Assembly: GCA_964478715.1 (NCBI GenBank)
Contig: CAYZIY010000001.1
Location: 73,088-137,087, forward strand
DNA length: 64,000 bases
Reading direction: 5' to 3'
Origin: an uncultured Planctomycetales bacterium
GTDB taxonomy: Bacteria; Omnitrophota; Gorgyraeia; Zapsychrales; JBDRMG01
Both the position numbers and the translations under genes were made by a program. This document shows positions 20,240 to 29,900 of this stretch, in pieces. The notes under the pieces are model-generated. The model was given only the letters and a program-made list of their open reading frames with translations, did no database searches and was not told where the DNA came from. The first letter of the stretch is position 1. Every line of letters starts with the position of its first letter.

Positions 20240-21760
20240 ATGAGCCAGAAATTTTATGTCACAACCCCCATTTATTATGTGAACGACAAGCCCCATATCG
20301 GGCATGCCTACACGACGATTTTAGCGGATGTTTTGGCCCGCTATCACCGGGTTCGGGGCGATAAGGTTTTTTTCTTGACGGGACTGGATGAGCACGGCCA
20401 GAAAGTTCAGCAGGCAGCTTCTAAACGAGGCATGCTTCCTCAAGATCACTGCGATGATCTCGCTCCGCGTTTTCTCAATCTTTGGGAAAAACTCGAAGTA
20501 GACTATGATGATTTTATCCGCACCACGCAAGATAGACATATCAAAACTGTCCAGGATGTGCTTCAAAAAGTTTATCAGGCCGGTGATATTTATCAATCCG
20601 AATACGAGGGATGGTATTCTGTTTCCGAAGAGCGTTTTGTCACCGAGACGGAAAAAGACAGCGGTGAATTTCGCGATATCACGCATCTCAAAGAAAAGAA
20701 TTATTTCTTCAAAATGAGCCGGTATCAAGAGAAACTGATGCGTTATATCGAGACCCATCCGGATTTTATTCGGCCCGAGCACAGGCGTAATGAAATACTC
20801 GGTTTCTTAAAGAAACCCCTGGGGGATTTGTGTATTTCCCGGCCCAAAGTACGGATGAGCTGGGGGATTGAGCTTCCTTTTGATGAGGATTACGTGACAT
20901 ACGTATGGTTTGATGCTTTAATCAATTATATCACGGCCTGCGGATATGCTTCTAAGGATGAGAAATTTCAACAGCTTTGGCCGGCGAATATTCATTTGAT
21001 TGGAAAGGATATCTTGACTACGCATAGCGTTTACTGGTCGACCATGCTGTTTTCGTTGAATCTTCCTCTTCCCCAAGCTATATTTGCCCATGGTTGGTGG
21101 ATGACCGGAAAGACAAAGATGAGTAAATCTTTAGGTAATATCGTTGATCCGCTTGATTTAATCGACCGTTATGGCGTGGATCCGGTCCGTTATTATTTAA
21201 TGCGCGAGATGGTTTTGGGGCAAGATGCTAATTTTACGGTTGAATCTTTTGTCAAACGCTACAACAGTGATTTGGCCAATGATTATGGGAACCTGTTAAA
21301 CCGTGTTAGCGGTCTTTTGGGGAAATATTTTGATCAGTGCATCCCTGAGCAAGGTGATCTTATAGATGAAGACCGTGCTATTGTCAGTGCAGCGGAATCA
21401 TTGTCTCAAAAGGTTCAGCAACTGATTGAAGATATGAAAATTCATGAGGCTTTAAGAGAAACGATGGATGTGGTCCGTTTAGTCAATAAATATCTCGAAG
21501 CGCAAGCGCCCTGGAGAGTGGTCAAAAGCGATTCTAATCGATGCGGAACCATTCTTTATGTGGCCGCCGAGACCTTGCGGATAGCGACTTTGATGCTTTC
21601 AGCGGTCATGCCGCTTAAGACACAGGAAATCTTATCTATTCTTAAGTGCCAAGACTGTTCTTCCCAATGGGGAGGGCTCCAGTCGGGAGAAGAAATCGAA
21701 CGCCATGACGCTCTTTTTCCCCGCATCGAAATTGAGAAAAATTCAACAGGTACTGCATGA
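20240..21760 (+). CDS. metG: Methionine--tRNA ligase (short form)
   Basis: TTPIYYVN, HIGH, YVWFDAL and KMSKS motifs; ends near LFPRIE. Confidence 0.96.
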   Translation: MSQKFYVTTPIYYVNDKPHIGHAYTTILADVLARYHRVRGDKVFFLTGLDEHGQKVQQAASKRGMLPQDHCDDLAPRFLNLWEKLEVDYDDFIRTTQDRHIKTVQDVLQKVYQAGDIYQSEYEGWYSVSEERFVTETEKDSGEFRDITHLKEKNYFFKMSRYQEKLMRYIETHPDFIRPEHRRNEILGFLKKPLGDLCISRPKVRMSWGIELPFDEDYVTYVWFDALINYITACGYASKDEKFQQLWPANIHLIGKDILTTHSVYWSTMLFSLNLPLPQAIFAHGWWMTGKTKMSKSLGNIVDPLDLIDRYGVDPVRYYLMREMVLGQDANFTVESFVKRYNSDLANDYGNLLNRVSGLLGKYFDQCIPEQGDLIDEDRAIVSAAESLSQKVQQLIEDMKIHEALRETMDVVRLVNKYLEAQAPWRVVKSDSNRCGTILYVAAETLRIATLMLSAVMPLKTQEILSILKCQDCSSQWGGLQSGEEIERHDALFPRIEIEKNSTGTA

Positions 21761-22815
21761 CGATTAAAACGGTTACCTACGCAAAGAATCGAATCCGGCT
21801 TATTGATCAACGTCTGCTGCCGCAAAAATTGAAGTATCTTTATTGCCGGAATCTACCTTCGGTCTGGAAAGCGATCCGGGCTATGGCGGTTCGCGGGGCT
21901 CCGGCTATTGGAGTGACCGCAGCTTACGGCGTTGTTTTAGGAATGAAAAGTTATCGCGGTAAAACCAAGGCCTCTTTCTCAAGACAATTAGACCGTGTTT
22001 GCGATTACTTGGCTTCTTCTCGGCCGACAGCCGTTAATCTTTTTAACGCCCTTGATCGAATGCAAAATGCTGTTAAAGAAAAGAAAGATATCTCAGTTTC
22101 TCAATGTCAAATGTTGTTAAAAAAGGAAGCAGACGCAATTTTGAGAGAAGATTGCGCTATGAATCGGCGTATGGGCGACCATGGAGCGCGCTTGATTAAA
22201 AATAATATGCGGGCATTAACAATTTGCAATGCCGGAGCTCTTGCTACCGTCGATTACGGAACAGCGCTTGGCGTTTTTTACAGCGCCAAAAGCAACAAAA
22301 AGAAATTCAAAGTTTACTCTTGTGAAACACGGCCCAGACTTCAGGGAGCCAGGCTGACGGCTTGGGAACTCCTTAAGTCTAAGATTGATGTAACTCTTAT
22401 ATGCGACAGTATGGCTGCGACACTTATGAAGCAAGGCTTGATTGATATTATTTTCACCGGGGCCGATCGCGTTGCTCTTAACGGCGATGCGGCAAACAAA
22501 ATAGGAACCTATAGCCTTGCCGTTGCTGCCCGTTACCATAAGATTCCTTTCTACGTTGTGACTCCTTTATCTACATTTGATCAAAAGCTAAAAACCGGAA
22601 AACAGATTCCGATCGAACAAAGAGACGAGAGGGAAGTTACGACAGTTCTGGGGCAAAGAATTGCGCCCCAAGGCATTAAAGTAACAAATCCGGCTTTTGA
22701 TGTCACGGATTATAAACTGATTACCGCTCTTGTCACAGAATATGGCCTGATCAAGCCCCCTTACAAAAGGAATATAGAAAATGCCATTAACCGTTACAGG
22801 AAAGAGCGACGTTAA
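21757..22815 (+). CDS. mtnA: Methylthioribose-1-phosphate isomerase
   Basis: VRGAPAIG, SRPTAVNL, CNAGALAT, ETRP, GADR, NKIGT and NPAFDVT motifs. Confidence 0.95.
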   Translation: MTIKTVTYAKNRIRLIDQRLLPQKLKYLYCRNLPSVWKAIRAMAVRGAPAIGVTAAYGVVLGMKSYRGKTKASFSRQLDRVCDYLASSRPTAVNLFNALDRMQNAVKEKKDISVSQCQMLLKKEADAILREDCAMNRRMGDHGARLIKNNMRALTICNAGALATVDYGTALGVFYSAKSNKKKFKVYSCETRPRLQGARLTAWELLKSKIDVTLICDSMAATLMKQGLIDIIFTGADRVALNGDAANKIGTYSLAVAARYHKIPFYVVTPLSTFDQKLKTGKQIPIEQRDEREVTTVLGQRIAPQGIKVTNPAFDVTDYKLITALVTEYGLIKPPYKRNIENAINRYRKERR

Positions 22816-23710
22816 GCTTTCGGATCTTGGCGAGCAGGGCCTTATTCAATCCCTCTCGAAGATGATTCCTTGCTCAAAAAATATTCCTTTGGGGATTGGT
22901 GATGATACGGCTGTTTTGCCGTTTTTCAAAGATCGCTATCTTCTTGTGACAACAGACATGCTTCTTGAAGACGAGCATTTTAGAGAAAATGACGATCCTA
23001 AACTCATTGGCCATAAAGCCTTGGCGTGTAATTTAAGCGATATTGCCGCGATGGGCGGAGAACCCAAATGGGCGGTCGTTTCCATCGGTGTTGATTGCAT
23101 ATGGCAGACGAAGAAAATTCATGATGTTTATCGAGGCATGAAGACTTTGGCCCGGAAATTTTGCATTGACTTTGTTGGTGGCGATACTATTCGAAGCGAA
23201 CGGTTAATTATTAATGTCGCTGTGATGGGAACTGTCAAGAAAAACCAATGTGTATTAAGGTCCACAGCCAAGCATGCCGACCATCTTTTTGTGACGGGTC
23301 CTTTGGGCGGAGCCATTCGTTCGGGAAAACATCTAAATTTTACGCCTCGCCTCAAGGAAGCAAAGTATTTGGTGGAGCATTTTCGACCAAGTGCGATGAT
23401 TGATATTTCCGACGGACTTCTAACAGATTGTGGTCATATGGCCACACAATCAAAATTGGGCGCTATTATTTTTGAAGATTTCATTCCCCTCAATCGAAAC
23501 AGCACCATGACTCAAGCCTTGCGGGAGGGCGAAGACTACGAGCTTCTCTTTGCAATGAATCCGCAACGGGCTCTATTATTGCAGCGTGCCAAAAAACCTT
23601 TTCGATTCTATCCTATTGGCGTGATGACCAAGTATTTAAAAGGGATCAATTTTTATCAAAGAGACGGCTGTCTTCATCGCATTAAAGACAAAGCCTTTTC
23701 CCACTTTTAA
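22781..23710 (+). CDS. thiL: Thiamine-monophosphate kinase
   Basis: GIGDDTA, NLSDIAAMGG, GGDT, IDISDGL and GEDYELLF motifs. Start uncertain. Confidence 0.93.
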   Translation: MPLTVTGKSDVKLSDLGEQGLIQSLSKMIPCSKNIPLGIGDDTAVLPFFKDRYLLVTTDMLLEDEHFRENDDPKLIGHKALACNLSDIAAMGGEPKWAVVSIGVDCIWQTKKIHDVYRGMKTLARKFCIDFVGGDTIRSERLIINVAVMGTVKKNQCVLRSTAKHADHLFVTGPLGGAIRSGKHLNFTPRLKEAKYLVEHFRPSAMIDISDGLLTDCGHMATQSKLGAIIFEDFIPLNRNSTMTQALREGEDYELLFAMNPQRALLLQRAKKPFRFYPIGVMTKYLKGINFYQRDGCLHRIKDKAFSHF

Positions 23711-24174
23711 TGAAGACCACTGCCTATTCTCTTAATCAGGAAAAAGATACCATTCACTTAGGCAAAAAGCTGGCTCGATGTTTGTCGCCCGGCGATATTA
23801 TTTGTCTGTTTGGAGACCTGGGCAGCGGCAAGACAACATTCACAAAAGGGATTGCGTGCGGTCTGAAAATAAAAAATGAAGAAATCCACAGTCCCACGTT
23901 TATTCTCTTGAGGATTCACAAAGGAGCCAAGCCGCTTTATCACTTCGATTTATATCGGATGGAGAAGCGAGAAGAACTTCTGCAGATCGGGTATGAGGAA
24001 TTTCTTTTTGCTGATGGTATTTCGGTGATTGAATGGGCCGACAAGATGGGTTCTTGGCTTCCGGAAGAATATCTTGGAGTTTACCTTTCGTTTACGAAAG
24101 ATCGGAAGAGGTGGTTAAGATTTAAGCCGCAAGGTGGGCGTGCCAAAAGAATCATGGAGAAAATGAAAGCATGA
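23710..24174 (+). CDS. tsaE: t6A biosynthesis ATPase
   Basis: GDLGSGKTTF, SPTF, YHFDLYR and IEWA motifs. Confidence 0.95.
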   Translation: MKTTAYSLNQEKDTIHLGKKLARCLSPGDIICLFGDLGSGKTTFTKGIACGLKIKNEEIHSPTFILLRIHKGAKPLYHFDLYRMEKREELLQIGYEEFLFADGISVIEWADKMGSWLPEEYLGVYLSFTKDRKRWLRFKPQGGRAKRIMEKMKA

Positions 24175-24860
24175 ATCTTCTGGCCATCGAAACCTCAACC
24201 AGAAACTATTCAATTGCTGTTTCAGCAGAAAACCGCCTGGTTGCATCGACCGTTATTCATTCGGCTCAAGTATTATCGGATACGATCATCGAATCGATTG
24301 ATCAAACTCTAAAAAAAGCAAGAGTACCTTTAAAAAATATCAACGGATTTATTGTCGGCCTTGGACCCGGTTCGTTCACGAGTCTGCGGGTTGGTTTATC
24401 GACAATTAAGGGTTTTGCCTATGCAACAAAAAATCCGGTTGTTGGAATCGGTAGCCTGGATCTTCTGTCCAAGCAGGTGCAAAAATCACAAGCGACCTCT
24501 ATTTGCGCTTTAATGGATGCCAAAAGAAAACTTTTTTACAGTTGCTTTTATGATACAAAAAGCGGACAATTAAAAAAAAGAGCGTCATATGCGCTGCTTA
24601 AAAGCGAGGATGTTCTTGCGCATGTAAAAGATGATACCGTATTTATTGGCGACGGCATTAATCTTATCGAAACGCAAATTAAGGAATGGGGGCGCAAGAA
24701 ACGGTTAAAAATATCATTTGCGCCTAAGAAAAAATGGACTCCCCATGCGGAAACGAGTCTTTTAATGGCCTTGGAATATTTTCAAAAGAAGAAGTTTTTA
24801 CCCCTCAACAAGTTGAATCCGATTTATCTATATCCGGATGACTGTCAAATAAGCAAATAG
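24171..24860 (+). CDS. tsaB: t6A biosynthesis protein TsaB
   Basis: LAIETST, GPGSFTSLRVG, DAKR and PIYL motifs. Confidence 0.93.
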   Translation: MNLLAIETSTRNYSIAVSAENRLVASTVIHSAQVLSDTIIESIDQTLKKARVPLKNINGFIVGLGPGSFTSLRVGLSTIKGFAYATKNPVVGIGSLDLLSKQVQKSQATSICALMDAKRKLFYSCFYDTKSGQLKKRASYALLKSEDVLAHVKDDTVFIGDGINLIETQIKEWGRKKRLKISFAPKKKWTPHAETSLLMALEYFQKKKFLPLNKLNPIYLYPDDCQISK

Positions 24861-24861
24861 A

Positions 24862-25995
24862 ATGCGAAAATCATTCAAAAAAAAGATTTACCGTCCCACT
24901 TGGGTTGAGATTGACCTAAAAGCGATCGCTTATAATTTCAAAAGTCTCAAAGAAAAAGGTGCTCCCCGAACAGAAATCCTTGCCGTTGTCAAAGACAATG
25001 CCTATGGTCACGGCATGGTTGAGGTGGCTAAGACCGTTGTATTCCGGGGCGCGGAGATGCTCGGTGTTTCCAGCTTAGAAGAAGGCATTCTTCTTCGTCA
25101 GAATAAAATCAGGATTCCTATTCTTGTTTTTGGAAATGTTTTAGATCAAGATGCCAAGGTTTTTCTTGATTATCGCTTAACACCAACGGTTTATACGCAT
25201 CATTTTGCCCAAGCATTAGATCAGGCAGCCTGTTGCAGAAAACAAAAACTTCCTGTTCATGTTCTCATAGATACCGGCATGGGGCGTTTGGGCGTGTGGC
25301 ATAAAGAGGCTCCCTTATTTATCTGTGCGGTCAGCGGAATGAAGAGTTTGCGCTTGCAGGGTCTTTTCACGCATTTCCCTTGCGCGGATACCAATAGGCG
25401 ATTTACGGAAAATCAAGTTCAGTTATTTGAAAATCTCATCCAAGAAATGCAAAGCCAGGGGATTAAATTTCAGTATGTTCATGCCGATAACAGTATGGGC
25501 TTAGCTTGTTATCCGCGCATTTTCAATCTGGCCCGTCCGGGGTTAATGCTCTATGGTTTATATCCTGATTTAAAGAATCGCTCAAAAATAAAGCTCCGGC
25601 CTGCCATGAGCGTTAAATCAAAGATCACTTTTCTTAAGACAGTTGAAAAGGGCAGAGGATTATCTTATGGACATACCTTTTACGCCAAGAGAAAAACGAA
25701 AGTCGCTACCATTCCGATTGGTTACAGCGATGGGTACTTAAGAGTTTTCTCCAACAATGCCGATGTTTTGGTAGGCGGGAAGCGATGTCCTTTGGTGGGC
25801 CGGGTAACCATGGATCAGATTCTCTGCGATGTTTCCCGAGTTCCCTCTGTTCGCGAAGGCGATGAAGCTGTTTTTTGTGGACGTCAAAAAAAACAACAAA
25901 TCAGCGCTGACGATTTGGCAAAGAGAGCGAAAACCATCCATTACGAAATCGTCTGCCTCTTGGGCAGTCGCCTCCCTCATTTCTTCAGAAAATAA
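24862..25995 (+). CDS. alr: Alanine racemase
   Basis: AVVKDNAYGHG, DTGMGRLG, PIGYSDG and GRVTMDQ motifs. Confidence 0.96.
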   Translation: MRKSFKKKIYRPTWVEIDLKAIAYNFKSLKEKGAPRTEILAVVKDNAYGHGMVEVAKTVVFRGAEMLGVSSLEEGILLRQNKIRIPILVFGNVLDQDAKVFLDYRLTPTVYTHHFAQALDQAACCRKQKLPVHVLIDTGMGRLGVWHKEAPLFICAVSGMKSLRLQGLFTHFPCADTNRRFTENQVQLFENLIQEMQSQGIKFQYVHADNSMGLACYPRIFNLARPGLMLYGLYPDLKNRSKIKLRPAMSVKSKITFLKTVEKGRGLSYGHTFYAKRKTKVATIPIGYSDGYLRVFSNNADVLVGGKRCPLVGRVTMDQILCDVSRVPSVREGDEAVFCGRQKKQQISADDLAKRAKTIHYEIVCLLGSRLPHFFRK

Positions 25996-26009
25996 TCAGT
26001 CGGGTGAAG

Positions 26010-27119
26010 TTAGAAATATCGTTTTTGGATTAGGTAGATAGAGGCTGATAGAAAGATGGCGGGAGCCAGCCATGCGGAGACAAACGGATCAATGGCGCCG
26101 CCTTTGCCCAAAGCCAGGGAGACGGCTTCCAGGACATAATACGAGAAACCGATCAAAATAGCGATTCCAATCGATGTAAAGGTTGCGGCATGCCTGCGAT
26201 CGGTCATCAAGACAAGCGGCAGGCCAAGCAGGATGATGATGATATTGCGAAACGGGAAAGCCATTTTCTGATAGAGATCCACCTTGAGATTGCTCAAGGC
26301 CTTAAAAGCCCCGCTTTCTGAGAACCGATCAATATAGTCGGATAGTTCCGCGATATTCATCGATGTGACATTTAGCCTTTGTTTGAGGAAATCTTTCGGT
26401 GTTTCCTGAATCTCCATGATTTTTTCTTCATGGTATTGCGCCTCTTCTGTTAAAATTCCATCGACGATATGAAAACGTGTAGTATAGACCTGGAAAAACT
26501 TCCAGGCCGATCCGGTCCATTCTCCTCGCAGAGCGATGATTTTTTCACGTACGCGCTGCAAATCATCCTGTCCGGTGATATTAATCCCCTTTAGTTCATA
26601 GGTATCAGGATCAAATGAATCGATGAAAAAAAGCCGATTATTGAGTCCGTAGAATGTCAGGTTGCGGATTTTGGCGTGTTTCTTTCGTTCGCTGTCGACT
26701 TCAAGGATAATATTTTCATTGCGGATATTCTCGGAATTCACCGTGGCCTGAGGGACGAATTTCTCATTCACCAAAAATGCCAGGATGGAAACGATGATCC
26801 CCAAAAAAAGAGCCGGTTTAGTCATTTTCCAGAAATTCAGCCCGCTGGAACGAAGCGCGACAATTTCATTATTGCTGTTGAGTTTGCTGTAGGTGAGCAA
26901 GACCGCCAGAAGACAGGCGATCGGAGAGGTGTGGATAAAAATAATCGGAAAGAAGCTGGAGTAATAAGAAGCCAAGACGGGACCAGGGACCTGGCGGTTG
27001 ATAATTTCATTTAAATTGCTGGCCAGATCGATCAGGATATACAAAAAACAAAATACCAAAATGGTGACAACAAAAATGGTGATAATGGAAGAAGAAATAT
27101 ATTTGTCTAAGATGCGCAT
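26010..27119 (-). CDS. lptG: LPS export permease LptG (YjgP/Q family)
   Basis: MRILDKY, NNEIVALRSSG; 3 TM + periplasmic domain + 3 TM; second of a paralog pair. Confidence 0.85.
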   Translation of the reverse strand: MRILDKYISSSIITIFVVTILVFCFLYILIDLASNLNEIINRQVPGPVLASYYSSFFPIIFIHTSPIACLLAVLLTYSKLNSNNEIVALRSSGLNFWKMTKPALFLGIIVSILAFLVNEKFVPQATVNSENIRNENIILEVDSERKKHAKIRNLTFYGLNNRLFFIDSFDPDTYELKGINITGQDDLQRVREKIIALRGEWTGSAWKFFQVYTTRFHIVDGILTEEAQYHEEKIMEIQETPKDFLKQRLNVTSMNIAELSDYIDRFSESGAFKALSNLKVDLYQKMAFPFRNIIIILLGLPLVLMTDRRHAATFTSIGIAILIGFSYYVLEAVSLALGKGGAIDPFVSAWLAPAIFLSASIYLIQKRYF

Positions 27120-28201
27120 AAGCGAATATTAAGAATGGTGGCAATGATAAGCCCCAGAATATTAGGAAACCACATGGTGATACCAGCAGGAGTGAGCCCC
27201 TGGACACTTAAGGCCTCGGCGCCCAAAGACATCAGATAATAAATAGCCGCACAAAGAATCGCTAAAATAACATTAGCCGATTTCTCTCTGCGGTGGGTGA
27301 TCACGGCGATCGGAAAACCCAGCAAAATAAAAATCAGTACCGAGAAAGACCAGGAGACTTTTCGGTGGTATTCCGTAATCAGAGGAGCGGCATCCACACC
27401 CATTTTCTCCAGTTTCTTTATCTTTTCTTCCAGCTCACTCAAAGACATTCCTTTAGGTTTTTTGTCGACTTTACTGTCTGGGTCTTGGGAGAGATCCAGA
27501 GTCATAAACATCGTGTTGAAATGCAGTTTATAAAAACTGTCCGGATCGTCGAAATTAGGCTCATCTGAAGTGCCGTTGATTAATTTCAACTTGATTTTAT
27601 TTTCACCGGGCACCGGCGAAAATTCTCCTTCATTGGCGATGATCGTTCGTGTCGGCTTGTCGTCAGGCTGGGGCTGGTAAATTCGGATATTGTACATGCG
27701 CCTGTTTTCAATACGGTAAATAAAGATAATTTGTCCTTTAAAGGCATTGATGAAACTCCCGGCTTCCAGGACGGCCACCGGATTTTTGGCGCCCAGTGTC
27801 TTGAGAATCTTTCTCTGCTGATGATGCGAGTAGGGAATGATGCGCTCATTAAGGACTACGCAAAAGAGGCTGAGAGTCAGGCCGGCCACAAAAAGAGGAA
27901 AAAGAATACGGCGCAGATGAATGCCGCTAGCGCGCATCGCCAGGATTTCATTATCATTAGAGAGACGCGAAAAAGCCAGGATGACGGTAGTGATGCAGGC
28001 GATCGGAAGCGTGTATCCCAACAAAAGAGGGATATAAAAGAGAAAGACCTGGCCTACCGTCAAAAGAGCCACGCCTTTATTGATCACCATATTAGCTAAG
28101 CGGATCAAGTTGCCCAGAAGAAAAACGCAGGTCAGAATACCCAAGGAAAGGAAAAAGGGCAGGACGCATTCATTAAGGACATAAGATCTTAATATTCTCA
28201 T
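27107..28201 (-). CDS. lptF: LPS export permease LptF (YjgP/Q family)
   Basis: FSRLSNDNEILAMRASG and WFPNIL motifs; paired with lptG. Confidence 0.85.
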   Translation of the reverse strand: MRILRSYVLNECVLPFFLSLGILTCVFLLGNLIRLANMVINKGVALLTVGQVFLFYIPLLLGYTLPIACITTVILAFSRLSNDNEILAMRASGIHLRRILFPLFVAGLTLSLFCVVLNERIIPYSHHQQRKILKTLGAKNPVAVLEAGSFINAFKGQIIFIYRIENRRMYNIRIYQPQPDDKPTRTIIANEGEFSPVPGENKIKLKLINGTSDEPNFDDPDSFYKLHFNTMFMTLDLSQDPDSKVDKKPKGMSLSELEEKIKKLEKMGVDAAPLITEYHRKVSWSFSVLIFILLGFPIAVITHRREKSANVILAILCAAIYYLMSLGAEALSVQGLTPAGITMWFPNILGLIIATILNIRLCAS

Positions 28202-28207
28202 GGAAGT

Positions 28208-28936
28208 TTATTGAGTGATGGATAAAGCCAAAACCTCAACATTTCTGGCGCCGCTTTCTTTCAAGATTCTGGCGATTTCAGATGTTGTTGCTCCTGTTGT
28301 GAATAGATCATCGCAGATAAGGATGTTTTTGTTTTCGAATTCTTGAGGATATTTTATTGTAAAGGCTCCGGAAATGTTTGTCCAGCGCTGCTTTTGGTTT
28401 AAAAGCGCCTGGCTTGGGGTATGCCGGTTTCGCAGCAAATTCTTCAAAGAAACATTTTTATTCAGTTGGGCTGCCAATCTTTCTGCGATAAGCTGAGTCT
28501 GATTGTAACCCCGTTCTCTTTGGCGGGTCGGATGGAGGGGAACAGGAACAAGGAGATCAAACCGTTTAAAATCAATCTGGTTCTTAGAGGAGAAGCGCAT
28601 AATCCAGTCTGCGAAGGTGAGTCTCAGGGAAGTTTTATTATGGTACTTAAACAAATGAATCAGGCGTTTCGTTAGGCCATTATAAAGCGTAGCGGCCCAA
28701 ACCTGATCGAACCAATAGGATGACTGGCGGCAAGTCGGGCAAATCTTACCCGAATGATTTTGATTAAAAGGCCGGGAGCAAAGCGTGCAAAAAGGAGGCT
28801 TGTTCCATTCAATGGCCTGTTGACACAAAGAGCATAAGAATTGATTCCGATCCTGACCCCAGAGGGGAGCTTTGCAGGCAATACAATGCCGTGGATAAAT
28901 CAGATCGCAGAGACCCTGAAAAAAATGACGCCACAT
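28208..28936 (-). CDS. comF: ComF family protein (zinc ribbon + PRTase domain)
   Basis: Four CxxC motifs, PVPLH, RGYNQ and ICDDLFTTGAT. Start placed at ATG 28936 because a promoter overlaps the longer ORF start. Confidence 0.9.
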   Translation of the reverse strand: MWRHFFQGLCDLIYPRHCIACKAPLWGQDRNQFLCSLCQQAIEWNKPPFCTLCSRPFNQNHSGKICPTCRQSSYWFDQVWAATLYNGLTKRLIHLFKYHNKTSLRLTFADWIMRFSSKNQIDFKRFDLLVPVPLHPTRQRERGYNQTQLIAERLAAQLNKNVSLKNLLRNRHTPSQALLNQKQRWTNISGAFTIKYPQEFENKNILICDDLFTTGATTSEIARILKESGARNVEVLALSITQ

Positions 28937-28943
28937 AGGCGCT

Positions 28944-28972
28944 AGTTTAACATCATCAAGATAGGGTGTCAA
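28944..28972 (-). promoter_or_regulatory. sigma70 promoter for comF-lptF-lptG
   Basis: Minus strand: TTGACA, 17-nt spacer, TAAACT; ends 7 nt before the ATG. Confidence 0.7.
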
Positions 28973-29047
28973 TTTTCTTCTTTTTGCGCAGGATTCTCTG
29001 CGGATAATATAGAGCTGATTTCCTTTAAAGAACTCCTGTAAATCAAC

Positions 29048-29076
29048 TTGCGGCTTTGATCAATCCAGCGTATAAT
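29048..29076 (+). promoter_or_regulatory. sigma70 promoter for the olsB-like operon
   Basis: TTGCGG, 17-nt spacer, TATAAT. Confidence 0.6.
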
Positions 29077-29123
29077 ATTTTTCAAATCAAGGCAGAATTA
29101 TTGAATATGAATAAAATACTCGT

Positions 29124-29900
29124 ATGAATAAATTTTCCCTTAAGCTGACCAAAGATCCGCAGGAAATTCGTCAAGCCCAGAAATTGCGATATGAAGTTTT
29201 TAATCGGGAAATGCGGGCTGGTTTTAACTCGAGTCATATTAACGAAATCGATGTTGATGAATTTGACAACGTTTGCGACCATGTGATTATCATCGACAAT
29301 CAGACAAAGCAAATCATCGGAACCTATCGTCTTTTACTCGATGACGTAGCCAATCAGAATCAGGGATTCTATTCTCAAAAGCATTTTGATCTTTCACAGG
29401 TGAAAACTTTAAAGGGGGGGCAGTTGCTGGAGGTTGGGCGATCCTGCATTCACCAGAATTATCGCAAGAGATCGGTTTTAACCAAGCTCTGGCAGGGTAT
29501 CGCGCAGTATGCGAATCAGCATCAGGTGCGATATATTTTTGGTTGCATATCCGTTTTTGAAGAGGATCTTGAGGCCATCAGTCAATTTTATGGCGCTCTT
29601 AAAGCTTTGGGGCACCTTGGATCGCTTGACGTATCCTCGATCGATCCGCTGCGCTCTGTGAATATTATCCCCGGTGTCGAAATTACTGATCCTAAGGCCA
29701 TCATCGAACAGTTACCGGTTTTATTCAAAGGGTATTTGAGTATCGGAATTAAAGTTTGCGGAATGCCGGTTGCAAATCCTCTTTTTCGGTCGATAGTTTT
29801 CTTTGTCCTGTTAGATATAGAAGATATGAATTTCTGGTTCAGAGAGCGTTTTTTTAAACGGACAAATAGACAGTCCGGTGAGCAAAATGCGTGTAATTAA
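29124..29900 (+). CDS. GNAT N-acyltransferase, OlsB-like (amino-lipid synthesis)
   Basis: AQKLRYEVF, DVDEFD..CDH, IGTYRL, LEVGRSCIH, LWQGI and LPVLFKGYL motifs. Confidence 0.85.
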   Translation: MNKFSLKLTKDPQEIRQAQKLRYEVFNREMRAGFNSSHINEIDVDEFDNVCDHVIIIDNQTKQIIGTYRLLLDDVANQNQGFYSQKHFDLSQVKTLKGGQLLEVGRSCIHQNYRKRSVLTKLWQGIAQYANQHQVRYIFGCISVFEEDLEAISQFYGALKALGHLGSLDVSSIDPLRSVNIIPGVEITDPKAIIEQLPVLFKGYLSIGIKVCGMPVANPLFRSIVFFVLLDIEDMNFWFRERFFKRTNRQSGEQNACN

